NCBI GenBank assembly: GCA_049322915.1
Contig: JBMOPW010000003.1
Coordinates: 100,318 to 164,317, forward strand
Source of the DNA: Candidatus Zhuqueibacterota bacterium
GTDB lineage: Bacteria; Zhuqueibacterota; Zhuqueibacteria; Thermofontimicrobiales; Thermofontimicrobiaceae
Reading direction: 5' to 3'
Length of the DNA stretch: 64,000 nucleotides
The position numbers were made by a program, and so were the translations under genes. Below the pieces are notes generated by a model, which was given only the letters and a program-made list of their open reading frames with translations, searched no databases and was not told the origin of the DNA. Shown here piece by piece: positions 10,411 through 20,893 of this stretch; the stretch's first letter is position 1; each line of letters begins with the position of its first letter.

Positions 10411-11523
10411 TTACAGCACCCGCAATGTCTTAATTTTTTCCATGGTGACATCTTCCGACTTCTCGATGATTCTGCCGGATGAATTCACATAAAAACGTAT
10501 GAGTGGTTCGCCTTCGATGAACATGAGGTGGTTTTTGTAATAGAGCGGGAGCGAGTCGGCGTTGAACACCGGCTGCAAATAAATTCTATTGAACATGAGG
10601 CTTTCCCCGACCAGGCAGCGGGATACGTGACCGGAAAATATTTTGGTGGACCACATTCGAAATAAAATATCGCGCAATGATTCGGTCAGGATATTCCCGA
10701 ATGAAATGTGGATGAATCGGCAGGGACAGACACTCCCATCGGATAAAATGTGAATCGATTTCCACCCGGCCGGACATTGGTACAGTCTGCCATCCTGAGT
10801 AAAATCCGCTTTCACATGCGGCAGTTGAAAAAATTGGCGCACATAGGCCAGTTCATCTCGTGTCAGTAAAAAATTATATTCGCCGGTGTACCCGGCCACC
10901 AGCGCCGGATAATGGACGTTCAATTGAATTTTTTGTCCTTCTGCCAGACGCACAATTTTCTTGAATTCACCATTGTCAATATTCTCATGGGTTGGCATCA
11001 CCTCCATGGTGCAGTTAATTTTCATCTCCCGCGCCGAGTGAAATAGCTGGAATATCTGTTCGAATGAGCCGGGCATGACCAGCGTCCGATCGTGAGTCGC
11101 TGCGCTCGATCCAAACACCTCCAGGCGTATTTCCTTCAGCCCTGCCTTTTTAAATTCACGCAGCCAGCGAGGATCGCTGTAATAGCCATTCGTAACAAGC
11201 GCCGTGGTGATGCCTCTGTTGCGAAACTGAGCGAGAATGTCGGCCAAATCCGGGCGCAGAATTGGCTCACAGCAATAAAATGTGCAATGAGCGCAATTGT
11301 TTTTTGCCAGTTGTTCAGCGACAAACACTGCCTCTTCCAGAGAAATTAATTGCTTGAAGTTCGGCTGCACGCGAAGCAGCGAATGCGGACAGGAGTGGCA
11401 CCGCGAGAAACAGCGAGCGTCCAGGAGCAGGTTCGCATCGGACAAAAAATGCCGGCTCTTTCTTGTCTTCCACTTCCGAAGCAAGGTGTTTTTAATGAAT
11501 AGCAAGTAATTCGAATGTGCCAT
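10411..11523 (-). CDS. radical SAM protein with SPASM/twitch domain
   Basis: CFSRCHSC (CX3CX2C), TNG, THDR, C-terminal CPAG...DGSVCPC...FGNI. Confidence 0.88.
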   Translation of the reverse strand: MAHSNYLLFIKNTLLRKWKTRKSRHFLSDANLLLDARCFSRCHSCPHSLLRVQPNFKQLISLEEAVFVAEQLAKNNCAHCTFYCCEPILRPDLADILAQFRNRGITTALVTNGYYSDPRWLREFKKAGLKEIRLEVFGSSAATHDRTLVMPGSFEQIFQLFHSAREMKINCTMEVMPTHENIDNGEFKKIVRLAEGQKIQLNVHYPALVAGYTGEYNFLLTRDELAYVRQFFQLPHVKADFTQDGRLYQCPAGWKSIHILSDGSVCPCRFIHISFGNILTESLRDILFRMWSTKIFSGHVSRCLVGESLMFNRIYLQPVFNADSLPLYYKNHLMFIEGEPLIRFYVNSSGRIIEKSEDVTMEKIKTLRVL

Positions 11524-11591
11524 GAGAGTCGTGAAATAAAAATGCGGTTCCCCAGTACAACATTTTGGTTAGCTCGTCAGCGAACGTCGTT

Positions 11592-11849
11592 TCATCCCTC
11601 TTTTTTGTCCTGCGAATCTGAATCCTGTTTCTCGTCGGGTGATTGCTTTTCTGCACCCTGGCCATTGGCTTTGGCCGCTTTGTGATTCTCCTCGCGAATT
11701 CGCTCGTACACCTCTTCGCGATGGATGCTGATATGGCGCGGCGCTTCAATGCCCAAACGGACATGACCTTTCTCTATCTCCAAAACAGTAATTTTTACAT
11801 CATCTCCAATTGTAATGCTTTCATTCAACTTCCTTGTAAGGATTAACAT
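11592..11849 (-). CDS. csrA: carbon storage regulator CsrA
   Basis: MLILTRKLNESITIGDDVKITVL...VRLGIEAPRHISIHREEVY; AAGGAG RBS. Confidence 0.97.
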   Translation of the reverse strand: MLILTRKLNESITIGDDVKITVLEIEKGHVRLGIEAPRHISIHREEVYERIREENHKAAKANGQGAEKQSPDEKQDSDSQDKKEG

Positions 11850-11914
11850 ACATGCTCCTTTCCCGATTCATCCACCCCGACACAGTTTTCAAATTCATTC
11901 ATCCATTCAAAACA

Positions 11915-12652
11915 TCATCGCTCATCATTCACAGAAGAGACGGCTTCGGGAATGCTTTGCACCGACTGGCGCTCAAATTTAAAATCGATGATTTCCAACA
12001 GTTTCCCCATGTGCAAGGTCGAAAACATACCGGCCAGGCCCTGGTTCAGATTGGCAACTCTCAATGTTCCCTCTATTTTTTTCAATCGCTTATTCAGCAG
12101 GACAAGCAGCCCAATGCCCGTGCTATCCATCGTGGCCACCCGCCCGAGATCGATAATGAAATCATATCGCCCATTTTCGATCAATCGATCGATCACTTTT
12201 TCCACCCTGGCCGTATTGGACGAATCCAGGCGGTGCTGACATTCAATGACGACTTCCCCGGTTTTCAGCTCGATGACTTTCGTATCTGATCCAATGTGTC
12301 GTTCCATCGCCTTTTCCAGATCATCGTCGCCAAATGGCATAATGAGCACGTCGTCAAAACCCACGGTTTCCACAAGCGATGTGAAACACTGGAGATTCCA
12401 ATGGCAGATGGCAATTTTGGGGACCTCGTGAAGTTGCCGCATGGATTTAATAGTATCCGCCAGTTTGATGCTTTCCGAATTCACAAGGAAAAATTCAACG
12501 ATAATCAGATCGGGCAATGTATGGCGCAGCTTCTTTTCAATTTCGATTCGATCCTTCATGTGAAAAACTGTGTAGCTTTTGCCCTTGAGATACGTGTTCA
12601 GATCTTCCGTGACTCCGGGGAGCGTATTGCAAACAAAAATATTTTCACCCAT
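11915..12652 (-). CDS. pseudo-receiver domain fused to STAS (anti-anti-sigma) domain
   Basis: Receiver-like PDLIIVEF (Glu at the phospho-Asp position) and GFDDVLIMPF; STAS IDLGRVATMDSTGIGLLV; start taken at MGENIF. Confidence 0.8.
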   Translation of the reverse strand: MGENIFVCNTLPGVTEDLNTYLKGKSYTVFHMKDRIEIEKKLRHTLPDLIIVEFFLVNSESIKLADTIKSMRQLHEVPKIAICHWNLQCFTSLVETVGFDDVLIMPFGDDDLEKAMERHIGSDTKVIELKTGEVVIECQHRLDSSNTARVEKVIDRLIENGRYDFIIDLGRVATMDSTGIGLLVLLNKRLKKIEGTLRVANLNQGLAGMFSTLHMGKLLEIIDFKFERQSVQSIPEAVSSVNDER

Positions 12653-12778
12653 CTTTCTTCCCGTGCGCTTATCTGTCCTATTCAATTGTAGATAATGTGA
12701 TTTGTCCGCTGCAATAGACCACCGGCCAGTCAGTCCTTTTTTGACTCCGGCTTCTTCCTGAATAGTGAAGGGACTCGC

Positions 12779-13186
12779 TTATTCTGCAAATTCGAATCGG
12801 TTGTCCGCTTTACCATCATCCTTCTTCGTCGCCGGGGAACGCCCCGGACGCGCCGTCAGCATTTTGAGCAACTGCCAATCGTCGTCGTTCAACTGCATCC
12901 TGTCCGCGATGAGAACCGCCTCGTATCCAGCATTTCTCAACTGGCTCACCCGCAACAGCGTTTGCCGAAGCGAGACGCGCAGTTCTTCCCAGGTATGTTC
13001 GGGATGCCCATTTCCATCATTCAGGCTCAGACTGTTTGCAAGCAAATTGGGGATGGCCACCTTTTCCACTTTTGTCACGCGCCGAAATTTCCGCTTTATC
13101 GTGTAGCTCTTTTTCGCCAGCGGTTCAAAATCCAGACGTTGCTCAATGCTGGTTCTATCGTTGAGTCTTCTCATCCACACCATCAA
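12779..13186 (-). CDS. hypothetical protein
   Basis: 135-aa ORF directly downstream of a sigma-28-like promoter. Confidence 0.5.
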   Translation of the reverse strand: MMVWMRRLNDRTSIEQRLDFEPLAKKSYTIKRKFRRVTKVEKVAIPNLLANSLSLNDGNGHPEHTWEELRVSLRQTLLRVSQLRNAGYEAVLIADRMQLNDDDWQLLKMLTARPGRSPATKKDDGKADNRFEFAE

Positions 13187-13221
13187 CCATTTTATTTCTA
13201 TTCGCTTAGACTTTTAATATC

Positions 13222-13249
13222 ATATCGACAGGCCGCATGAAATTCCTTA
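13222..13249 (-). promoter_or_regulatory. putative sigma-28 (FliA/SigD) promoter
   Basis: Minus strand TAAG-N16-GTCGATAT versus consensus TAAA-N15/16-GCCGATAW, upstream of a csrA/flagellin-like operon. Confidence 0.6.
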
Positions 13250-13468
13250 ACAGATAATCCAATCTTTTCGCTTTGAATCTGAGCGAAAACTGGGACGGAC
13301 GCCATAAATCCGGCAACGGAGCTGTATCGGAAATCAGCCACGCGATGGATGTTCTCTGCCAGGTAGGCTCTGTTTTGCCACCTGCGACTTTGGCTGGCGC
13401 CGGGAGCGCCGCCACTAAAAACGAAAAAATTCAGCCTGGCCGGAGCGGTTTGATGTTCATTTCAAACC

Positions 13469-13501
13469 AAAAAAAAAGGTGATTGACTAATCAACCACCT
13501 T
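13469..13501 (-). terminator. rho-independent terminator of the hdr cluster
   Basis: Minus strand AAGGTGGTTGA-TTAG-TCAATCACCTT followed by a U-tract, just after the hdrA-mvhD stop. Confidence 0.85.
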
Positions 13502-13529
13502 CTGTTGCTGAGCAAGAATTGAAATTTGA

Positions 13530-16019
13530 CTACATCCGCGCCGGCGCAGCAGATTTTTCCGGAGTTGCCTGCTCTTTGGCTGCGCGCTCCTTCTTCGGCC
13601 TGGCTTCTTCGGCCAACACTTTCATGGTATATTCCACTTCATCCTGGGTGACTTTCTGGCGCATTTCTTCAACGGCTTTCATCACTTTGGCCCATTTCTG
13701 CCCTTCGGCCGCGCTGACCCACTCCAATTGCAGCCGCTCCGGCCGAATGCCCGCCTTTTCCAATTTATCCCACAGTTTCTCCACGCGCTTTTGCGTGGCG
13801 CGGTTGGCGTCGATGTAATGGCAATCCGCAAAGTGACAGCCGGAGACCAGCACAATGGGCGCGCCCAATTTGAACGCATGCAGCACAAATTTGTCTTTGA
13901 CGCGCCCGCTGCACATGGTGCGGATGATGCGGGCGTTGGCAGGAAATTGCAGCCGCGACAACCCGGCCAGGTCAGCCCCGGCGTAGGAGCACCAGTTGCA
14001 GGCAAAGGTGACAATTTTGTCCATGTTGTTTTCCGACAGAATCGCTTCGATTTGCGCGTACATCTGAGCATCGGAGAAATGCCGCATGGTGATGGCGTCG
14101 AAGCGGCACTCGGCGCTGCACGTGCCGCAGCCCTTGCACGACGCTTCAATCACCCGCGCCGGCAGTTTCGATTTTTTATCGAATACAATGGCGTTGAAGG
14201 GACACACATTGGCGCAGATTCCGCACATGGTGCAGGCTGCCTCATCCACCTGCGCTGTAATCGCTTCGATTTTAATTTTGCCGGCTGAGAGCAACACCCC
14301 GGCGCGCGCCGCTGCCGCACTGGCCTGGGTGACGCTGTCTTTCACGTCTTTGGGGAATTCGGCGCAGCCGGCAAAGAACACGCCGCCGGTGGGCGCATCC
14401 ACCGGTTTCAACTTGGGATGCGATTCCATGAGGAACCCGTCCGCGGTGCTGGACAGGCTCAATAGCTTTTTCACCGTCTCGTTATCTTTACGGGGAATGA
14501 CGCCGACCGAAAGCACTACCATATCCAGTTCGTGCTCTTCCAGAGTCCGCGTCGTTGTATTTTCCACCGTGAGGTGGAGCTGTCTGGTCTTCGGATTTTC
14601 CTCGATCTCTCCCGGTATGCCGCGAATGTACATCACTCCGGCTTCTTTGCTGCGCATGTACAGGTCTTCGAACCCCTTGCCAAAGGCGCGAATATCCATG
14701 TAAAAAACCTTGACTTCGACATCCGGGTAATGATCCTTAAGGAGCAGGCTGTCCTTCACCGTGTTCATGCAGCAGATGTTGCTGCAATAGGGATTGCCCC
14801 GCTCCGGGTCCTGGGTTCGCGAGCCCACGCACTGGATGAAGCCGACTGTCTTCGGCGTCTGGTGATCCGTGGGACGAATGAAATGTCCCTGGCTGGGTCC
14901 TTCGGAGCAGATGAGCCGTTCGAATTCCATGCTGGTGATGACATTCTCGAACCGCGTGTAGCCGTAATCATCCAGCCTGGTCGGATCGTACACATCCATC
15001 CCGGTGGCGACAATGACGGCTCCCACCGTCACATTCAGCATTTCGTCGCGCATGTCATAATCGATGCACTTTTTATCGCATGCGTCGTAGCATTTGCCGC
15101 AGGCAATGGGATTGTTGCCGAGGCAATTTTCCATATCCAGAATGTATGCGGAAGGCACTGCCTGTGGAAACGGCATGTAAATTGCCTTTCGCGATGACAG
15201 CCCCATCTGGAATTCGTTGGGCACAATAATGGGGCAGACTTTGAAACACTCGCCGCACGCCGTACATTGCTTTTCGTTAACGTACCGTGCTTTTTTACGG
15301 ATGGTCACCTGAAAATTACCAACGTAACCGGAGACGTTTTCGACCTCGCTGTAAGTGAGCAGTTTCACTCGTGGATGTCGACCGACATCCATCATTTTCG
15401 GACCTAAAATTCATATCGAGCAATCCATTGTTGGGTAGGTTTTATCAAGCTGGGCCATGAGTCCACCGATGGATGGCTGTTTCTCCACAAGGTACACTTG
15501 AACGCCGGTATCAGCCAGATCCAGCGCCGCCTCGATGCCGGCAATACCGCCGCCGATGACCAGCGCCTTGCGGTCCACCGGCACTTCCATTTCATGCTGA
15601 ACCGTTAAATGCCTGGCCCGCGCCACCGATACTTTCACCGTGTCCTTTGCCTTCCTCGTTGCAGCGTCTTTGTCGTACAGGTGGACCCAACTGCAATGCT
15701 CCCGGATATTGGCCATTTCGAACAGATAAGGATTCAGGCCTACTTCGGCCACGCAATTGCGGAACGTCGGCTCGTGCATCCGCGGCGTGCAGGAGGCCAC
15801 AACAACGCGATTGAGCTTGTGTTCCACAATATTTCTTTTGATTTCCATCTGGCCGGGATCCGCGCAGGTATACCGATTGACGCACGCAAAAGCGACATCC
15901 GGCAGCGTGGCCGCATAGTCACTCACTGCGTGGCAGTCGACCGAACCGGCGATGTTCAGCCCGCACTCGCAGACAAACACCCCGATCCTCAGTTCCGTAT
16001 CATTCAATTTTTCTGCCAT
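13530..16019 (-). CDS. hdrA: heterodisulfide reductase subunit A fused to MvhD domain; selenoprotein (UGA at 15411-15413 read as Sec), about 829 aa
   Basis: [43 protein letters not shown] in frame; ferredoxin motifs; C-terminal MvhD FACNWCSY...MCSGR...GCHFADCHY. Confidence 0.93.
15375..15394 (-). promoter_or_regulatory. bacterial SECIS-like hairpin of hdrA-mvhD
   Basis: Minus strand TGGATGTC-GGTC-GACATCCA, loop beginning 27 nt after the UGA; coordinates approximate. Confidence 0.75.
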
Positions 16020-16322
16020 CTTGATTCCTCAATTCTGGTTTTTATGTTATTACCCAGCAACTTTTGCAAATTTGAGCAAAAGAATTATATTTGAACCGGT
16101 CATATAGTTTTACTATGTGCGGCTATGCCGCGCTGGGAATAGGGGAAGGATTTACAGATTTTGTTCCAGTATTTTCTATTTAAAAAAATATAACACATTT
16201 TTGTCTACCACTTTTCTTTCTTTTATTTTTAACACAATTAAAAATCCGTGAGAATCTGTGTTATCCGTGTCATCCGCGTTCTATGTTTTTTAATGTTTAC
16301 TTCGTTAGAATTTGATATAGAA

Positions 16323-17228
16323 TTATACCACCTCACTCCCTTCAACCGGCCCGATCTTCGCCATAATCGAATCGAATTTGATGCGGTGCAAGTGCAAGCC
16401 CACTTCTTCAGGTGAAAATCCCTGGGCCAATCCCAAAAGCTGGCAAAAATAAATCACCGGCAAATTGAACTCCCGGTTCATCTTTCGGGAAATCATAATC
16501 TGTCCCATATCGAACGAATTGAAACAGGTGGGACAAATCAATCCCATGCAATCAGCCTGAACCGATTCCATGGAAGCGAAAATTTCGTATGTCATTTCCA
16601 GGGGCATGTCGGCGTCCATACAGCCCTTGCCGCAGCAGAGGAGCTTTTCACTATGCGTGAGCGGCGTTGCGCCCAGCGCTGCAATGAGATTTTCCAGCAG
16701 GTTGGGATAGTCCGCGTCGTCGATGGCCATTATCTGGCTCGGCTTCAGCAAATGACAGCCGTAGTGAATGCCCACTTTCACCCCGGTCAGCGGCCGCTTC
16801 ACCGACGCCCTGATCGGCTCGATGCCGAGATCATCGCGCATCATCACCACAATGTGCTTCACCTTACCGGTGCCCTTGTACTCGCGATTGACCCGCTTCA
16901 ACCGGCGGTTCACTACCTCGCGGAGTCCCTCATCTTCGGCCAGCATGAACCGCGCCTCCTGCAACGTGGATGTGCAGCCGCTGCACATGGTAATCACATC
17001 CAGGCCGGCATCTTCGGCGATGCACAGATTTCTCGCGGCAATGGTGAGCCACTGGACTTTATCGCGCGCCTTGAAATAGATGGGATCCGGGCAGCAGGTG
17101 AACCCGTCCAGGTCGACCAGTTCCACGCCGATGGGTTCCATGGTTTTTCGCACCGACAGTTCCATTTGCGGGTATTTCGCCGGAATCATGCAGCCCCAGA
17201 ATGGCGCCACACGCAGTTTTTTCGCCAT
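16323..17228 (-). CDS. hdrB: heterodisulfide reductase subunit B (two CCG domains)
   Basis: FWGC, TCCP, ARNL, CSGC, HYGCHLLKP, CCG, CPTC. Confidence 0.95.
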   Translation of the reverse strand: MAKKLRVAPFWGCMIPAKYPQMELSVRKTMEPIGVELVDLDGFTCCPDPIYFKARDKVQWLTIAARNLCIAEDAGLDVITMCSGCTSTLQEARFMLAEDEGLREVVNRRLKRVNREYKGTGKVKHIVVMMRDDLGIEPIRASVKRPLTGVKVGIHYGCHLLKPSQIMAIDDADYPNLLENLIAALGATPLTHSEKLLCCGKGCMDADMPLEMTYEIFASMESVQADCMGLICPTCFNSFDMGQIMISRKMNREFNLPVIYFCQLLGLAQGFSPEEVGLHLHRIKFDSIMAKIGPVEGSEVV

Positions 17229-17720
17229 AGTTACCTCGTAGTAACGGTATTATTTCAGGATAAGTTATATTTTATTAAAATCACAAATTTCAAATAAATG
17301 CGCTGCAGGACGCATCTGCCTTCGGCATGATTTCAATTTCAAAATAGCAGGGTCCAAACTTGAATATCAACTGAATATTGAAAATAATGTATCTGCTCAG
17401 CCTCAAAGACTCAAAAACTCGAAGTTAAATTTATTAGTTTGATTCTATATTCAAGGCCTAACAAATTCGAAAATTAACTTTGCCTTCCTTCATGTTCTAT
17501 TGAACTCCCTTCTCCCTGTGGGAGAAGGGCCGGGGATGAGGGAAAGAATTATTACATTATTTTTAATTCTATTGAAGTCAAGCTGAGTAATAGTTACAAA
17601 ATACTCTAAAACATTTCAGTGAATGAACATATTTGTTTGTAATTTGGTTCTTTATCTTTTGAAATTTATTTGATATTTGGATATTGTCATTTTTATTTTT
17701 CTACACATATTGGATACAAT

Positions 17721-18188
17721 TTAGGGTTCGATGATTTTCTGCAACTCACTCACATCGATGTCCTTCAATTCCGGCAAGCCCAAATCTTTCCTGCGGCGAT
17801 TCACCGTGCTGGTAATCACCACGCTGCGCCCGGTTTTTATCAGCGCATCGGAAAATTTGTTGATGTCATCCGGCAGAACGCCATCCTCGGCGCAGAGATT
17901 TTTCAGCGCGATGATCACTTCCACCGGCCGTACATCCTGGGGACACCGCTCATAACAACTGTAACAATTGGTGCATTTCCAGATAATGGAATCCGGCCGA
18001 ATCAAATCCTCTTCTTCGCCAAGCAGTGTTTTAAGCATAATATCCCGCGGATTGAAATCTTCCGAAAACCGCGCTGCCGGGCACACAGCCACGCACGAAC
18101 CGCACTGGTAGCAGTAATTGTGGTGCTTGCCCCCAACAATTTTATTCAACCGCTCCCGAAATTCAAAACTAAGTTTTTTCTGAGTCAT
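17721..18188 (-). CDS. hdrC: heterodisulfide reductase subunit C
   Basis: CYQCGSCVAVCP and IWKCTNCYSCYERCP. Confidence 0.93.
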   Translation of the reverse strand: MTQKKLSFEFRERLNKIVGGKHHNYCYQCGSCVAVCPAARFSEDFNPRDIMLKTLLGEEEDLIRPDSIIWKCTNCYSCYERCPQDVRPVEVIIALKNLCAEDGVLPDDINKFSDALIKTGRSVVITSTVNRRRKDLGLPELKDIDVSELQKIIEP

Positions 18189-18295
18189 AGTAAGCCTTTG
18201 GTGATTGGTTTACTGGTTATTTGTGATTGGTCTGACGTGTACATTAACGACTCAATATATTTATCTAAAAGCTGGTAATATCTAATTGCCAAACG

Positions 18296-19570
18296 CTATC
18301 GCAACAACACCATTTTTTTCACATCCACGAATTCACCCGACTGCAAAATATAAACATACACCCCTGAAGCGACAAAGGAACCGTTCTCATCACAACCATC
18401 CCATCGTAAAGTATAATTTCCTGCCTGTTTCACTTCTCTTACAAGCGTACGTATTTTCTGCCCGAGCTGGTTATAAACCATTAGTGTGGTTTGCCCAGGT
18501 ACAGGAAGTTGAAAACGGATTTCGGTTCCAGAATTAAATGGATTTGGAAAGTTTTGATGGAGAACAATAGTTTCATTCAATTGTGATTTCTTAACATTGT
18601 ATTTCACCTTAGAGACTGTTGTGTCTAAGTATACACTTAATCCATTTATATTTTTGAACCAGATTGCTCCTTTTTTATCTACATAGAAAGCTTGCGCGTC
18701 ATTGCCCAAAACACCTTCTAAAGTTAGATGCTCCCACTGCCGACCATCAAACCTAGAAAATTTTTTTTCTGTAGAGCCATAAGAAGCCCAAATATAATAA
18801 AAGGAATCGATAATGACACTAACATAATTAGATAATAGCCCATCACTTACAGTATACACTTGTACGTTATTCCCATCATAAATTCCTAAACCTCTTCCAT
18901 TAGTACCGAACCAGAGACGATCATATTTATCAAAACTAAAGCTATATGCCGTCCACATCAAGTCTCCCCATAAATAGCTGTTAATATCTGAAAGACCATT
19001 TGTATGTCCAATAAAAAGTTTACCTTTTCGGTCTACACCAAACTCTAAAATTGGATCATATATGGTTGTGCCAGGAACGTAGAAAGGATGCCATTGCAAC
19101 CTGTCGAACCAATATGCCCAGTTAGCCATAGAACCGGCCCATATATAACCTGAGGAATCAACTCCTAAACTTTGAATCCAGGTATCTTTTTCATTTCCAG
19201 AAGGATTGTAATAAGTAAATGTGGAATCGTCATACTTGACCACATATTCCTTAGTAGGGTTGCTCATTGCTACGCCAACAAACCATTTATTATTTTCTTT
19301 ATCTACAACTATTTGATTTTTGAAAAACATTGTACTATCCCAAACAGTTGAATCCACCAAAGTATGCCAGATACCGTTCGTATCTAATTGGCACACAGCA
19401 TTATCTGTCGCAAACCAGTAATTGCCGTATTTATCCTGTGTCATATCAAAAACCACACCTGGCAGTTCATCGGTGTAATACGTCCACACACCTTGCGCTA
19501 TGCAAATAGATATTTTAAAAAATAGCGAAATGATTACTATCATGAGATATTTATTTATCCGTCTTTTCAT
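18296..19570 (-). CDS. AT-rich secreted beta-propeller protein with FlgD-Ig/T9SS-like C-terminal domain, inserted in the hdr cluster
   Basis: Signal peptide MKRRINKYLMIVIISLFF; repeats DKYGNYWFAT, DSSGYIWAG, DRLWFGTNGRGL; QNFPNPFN C-terminal domain. Confidence 0.85.
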   Translation of the reverse strand: MKRRINKYLMIVIISLFFKISICIAQGVWTYYTDELPGVVFDMTQDKYGNYWFATDNAVCQLDTNGIWHTLVDSTVWDSTMFFKNQIVVDKENNKWFVGVAMSNPTKEYVVKYDDSTFTYYNPSGNEKDTWIQSLGVDSSGYIWAGSMANWAYWFDRLQWHPFYVPGTTIYDPILEFGVDRKGKLFIGHTNGLSDINSYLWGDLMWTAYSFSFDKYDRLWFGTNGRGLGIYDGNNVQVYTVSDGLLSNYVSVIIDSFYYIWASYGSTEKKFSRFDGRQWEHLTLEGVLGNDAQAFYVDKKGAIWFKNINGLSVYLDTTVSKVKYNVKKSQLNETIVLHQNFPNPFNSGTEIRFQLPVPGQTTLMVYNQLGQKIRTLVREVKQAGNYTLRWDGCDENGSFVASGVYVYILQSGEFVDVKKMVLLR

Positions 19571-19637
19571 CTTTGCACCTGACATGATAATTCTAAACTC
19601 TGCGCAGAGGAGTGTTTCCCAGGGGAAACCTTTATTA

Positions 19638-20783
19638 TTATTCAACCACCAACTGCGAAACCAACGTCACCAAATCTTTAATCTCCAGATTCACTTCTTT
19701 TTTCAACTGCTCATCCTGAAGCGCGCATTTGTAGTGGATTTCACATTTGGGGCAGGCGGTGATCATCATGTCCGCGCCGGCGCGTTTCGCTTCGCGAAAC
19801 CGGTTCGCCTGAATGGTTTTGGCGACAGCGCCGCAGGTGAGCCAGTTGCCCACGCCGCAGCAGGTCGCTCTTTTCCCGCTCTTTTCCATTTCCACAAATT
19901 CGATATTCGGTATCGCGTCGATGACCGATCGCGGAGCTTCGTATACGCCCATGTGCCGACCCAACCGGCAGGGATCGTGGTAGGTGACCGGGATTTTCAT
20001 CTCCTTAAATTTTATGGATTTATTTTTCACCTGCTCATCTAACATTTCCAAAATATGAACCACTTTAAAACCGAGTTTCCCGAAATAAAAGGGATATTCC
20101 TGGGAAAACGTCTGATACCCCTCCGGGCAGGAAAACACCACGGTTTTGGCGCCGGCCTCCTCGATCAGTTTGAGATTGTGTTCTGCCAACCGTTTGAAAT
20201 TATCCAGGTCCCCGCTCCACAGCATATCGTGGCCGCAGCATCGCTCATCCGGCAGCACCACCGGGGCAACGCCCATTTTATTCAAAAGCTGAATCGCGCC
20301 TTGTGTTGAGCCAACCGATTCCACGTTCAACTCGGAAAAATAGATATCAAAATAGGGCGCGCAACCGACAAAATACAGCACGTCACCTTTCTTGGCGATT
20401 TTCAAATCTTTGGACAGCCAGTCCATGCGGTTCTGTTTCAGCTCTTTGGCGGTCATGATGCGCATGAGCGACTGGAACGCGCCGCCGTGACTGCACTCTG
20501 CTTTTTGGCCGGTGTTCATGGAAATGGACCGAACGTCCCGCATAAACGTGATGTAATCGATTTGGGAGGGACACCGCGTCTGGCACAGTCCGCAGGTTAA
20601 GCACTCCCAGAGCGATTTATCGTGGTACAATGTTTCCTGGTCTTTTAACACGCACTGCATGAGCATGGAACGCGGCGAGAAGCTATGGTTGATCTTGGCG
20701 ACAGGGCAGTTTCCGGTGCATTTTCCGCAGTCGAGGCAGTGATAGGCCCTGGTTCGTCTGATTATTTCGCCGATAGTGTTCAT
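19638..20783 (-). CDS. HdrD/HdrF-like Fe-S oxidoreductase (2x4Fe-4S plus two CCG domains)
   Basis: CLDCGKCTGNCP, CLTCGLCQTRCP, YFVGC, ERCCG, YHDPCRLGR, TCCG, TACPKC. Confidence 0.9.
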   Translation of the reverse strand: MNTIGEIIRRTRAYHCLDCGKCTGNCPVAKINHSFSPRSMLMQCVLKDQETLYHDKSLWECLTCGLCQTRCPSQIDYITFMRDVRSISMNTGQKAECSHGGAFQSLMRIMTAKELKQNRMDWLSKDLKIAKKGDVLYFVGCAPYFDIYFSELNVESVGSTQGAIQLLNKMGVAPVVLPDERCCGHDMLWSGDLDNFKRLAEHNLKLIEEAGAKTVVFSCPEGYQTFSQEYPFYFGKLGFKVVHILEMLDEQVKNKSIKFKEMKIPVTYHDPCRLGRHMGVYEAPRSVIDAIPNIEFVEMEKSGKRATCCGVGNWLTCGAVAKTIQANRFREAKRAGADMMITACPKCEIHYKCALQDEQLKKEVNLEIKDLVTLVSQLVVE

Positions 20784-20893
20784 AAATTAACTCCCTGAAT
20801 GAGCGATGGTAGAGTTTGTATTTTAAAAGCGGTCAGCCTTCAGCAGTCAGCTTTCAGCTTTTTGATCGTTCTGGTCAATCTGACTCCCAACGA

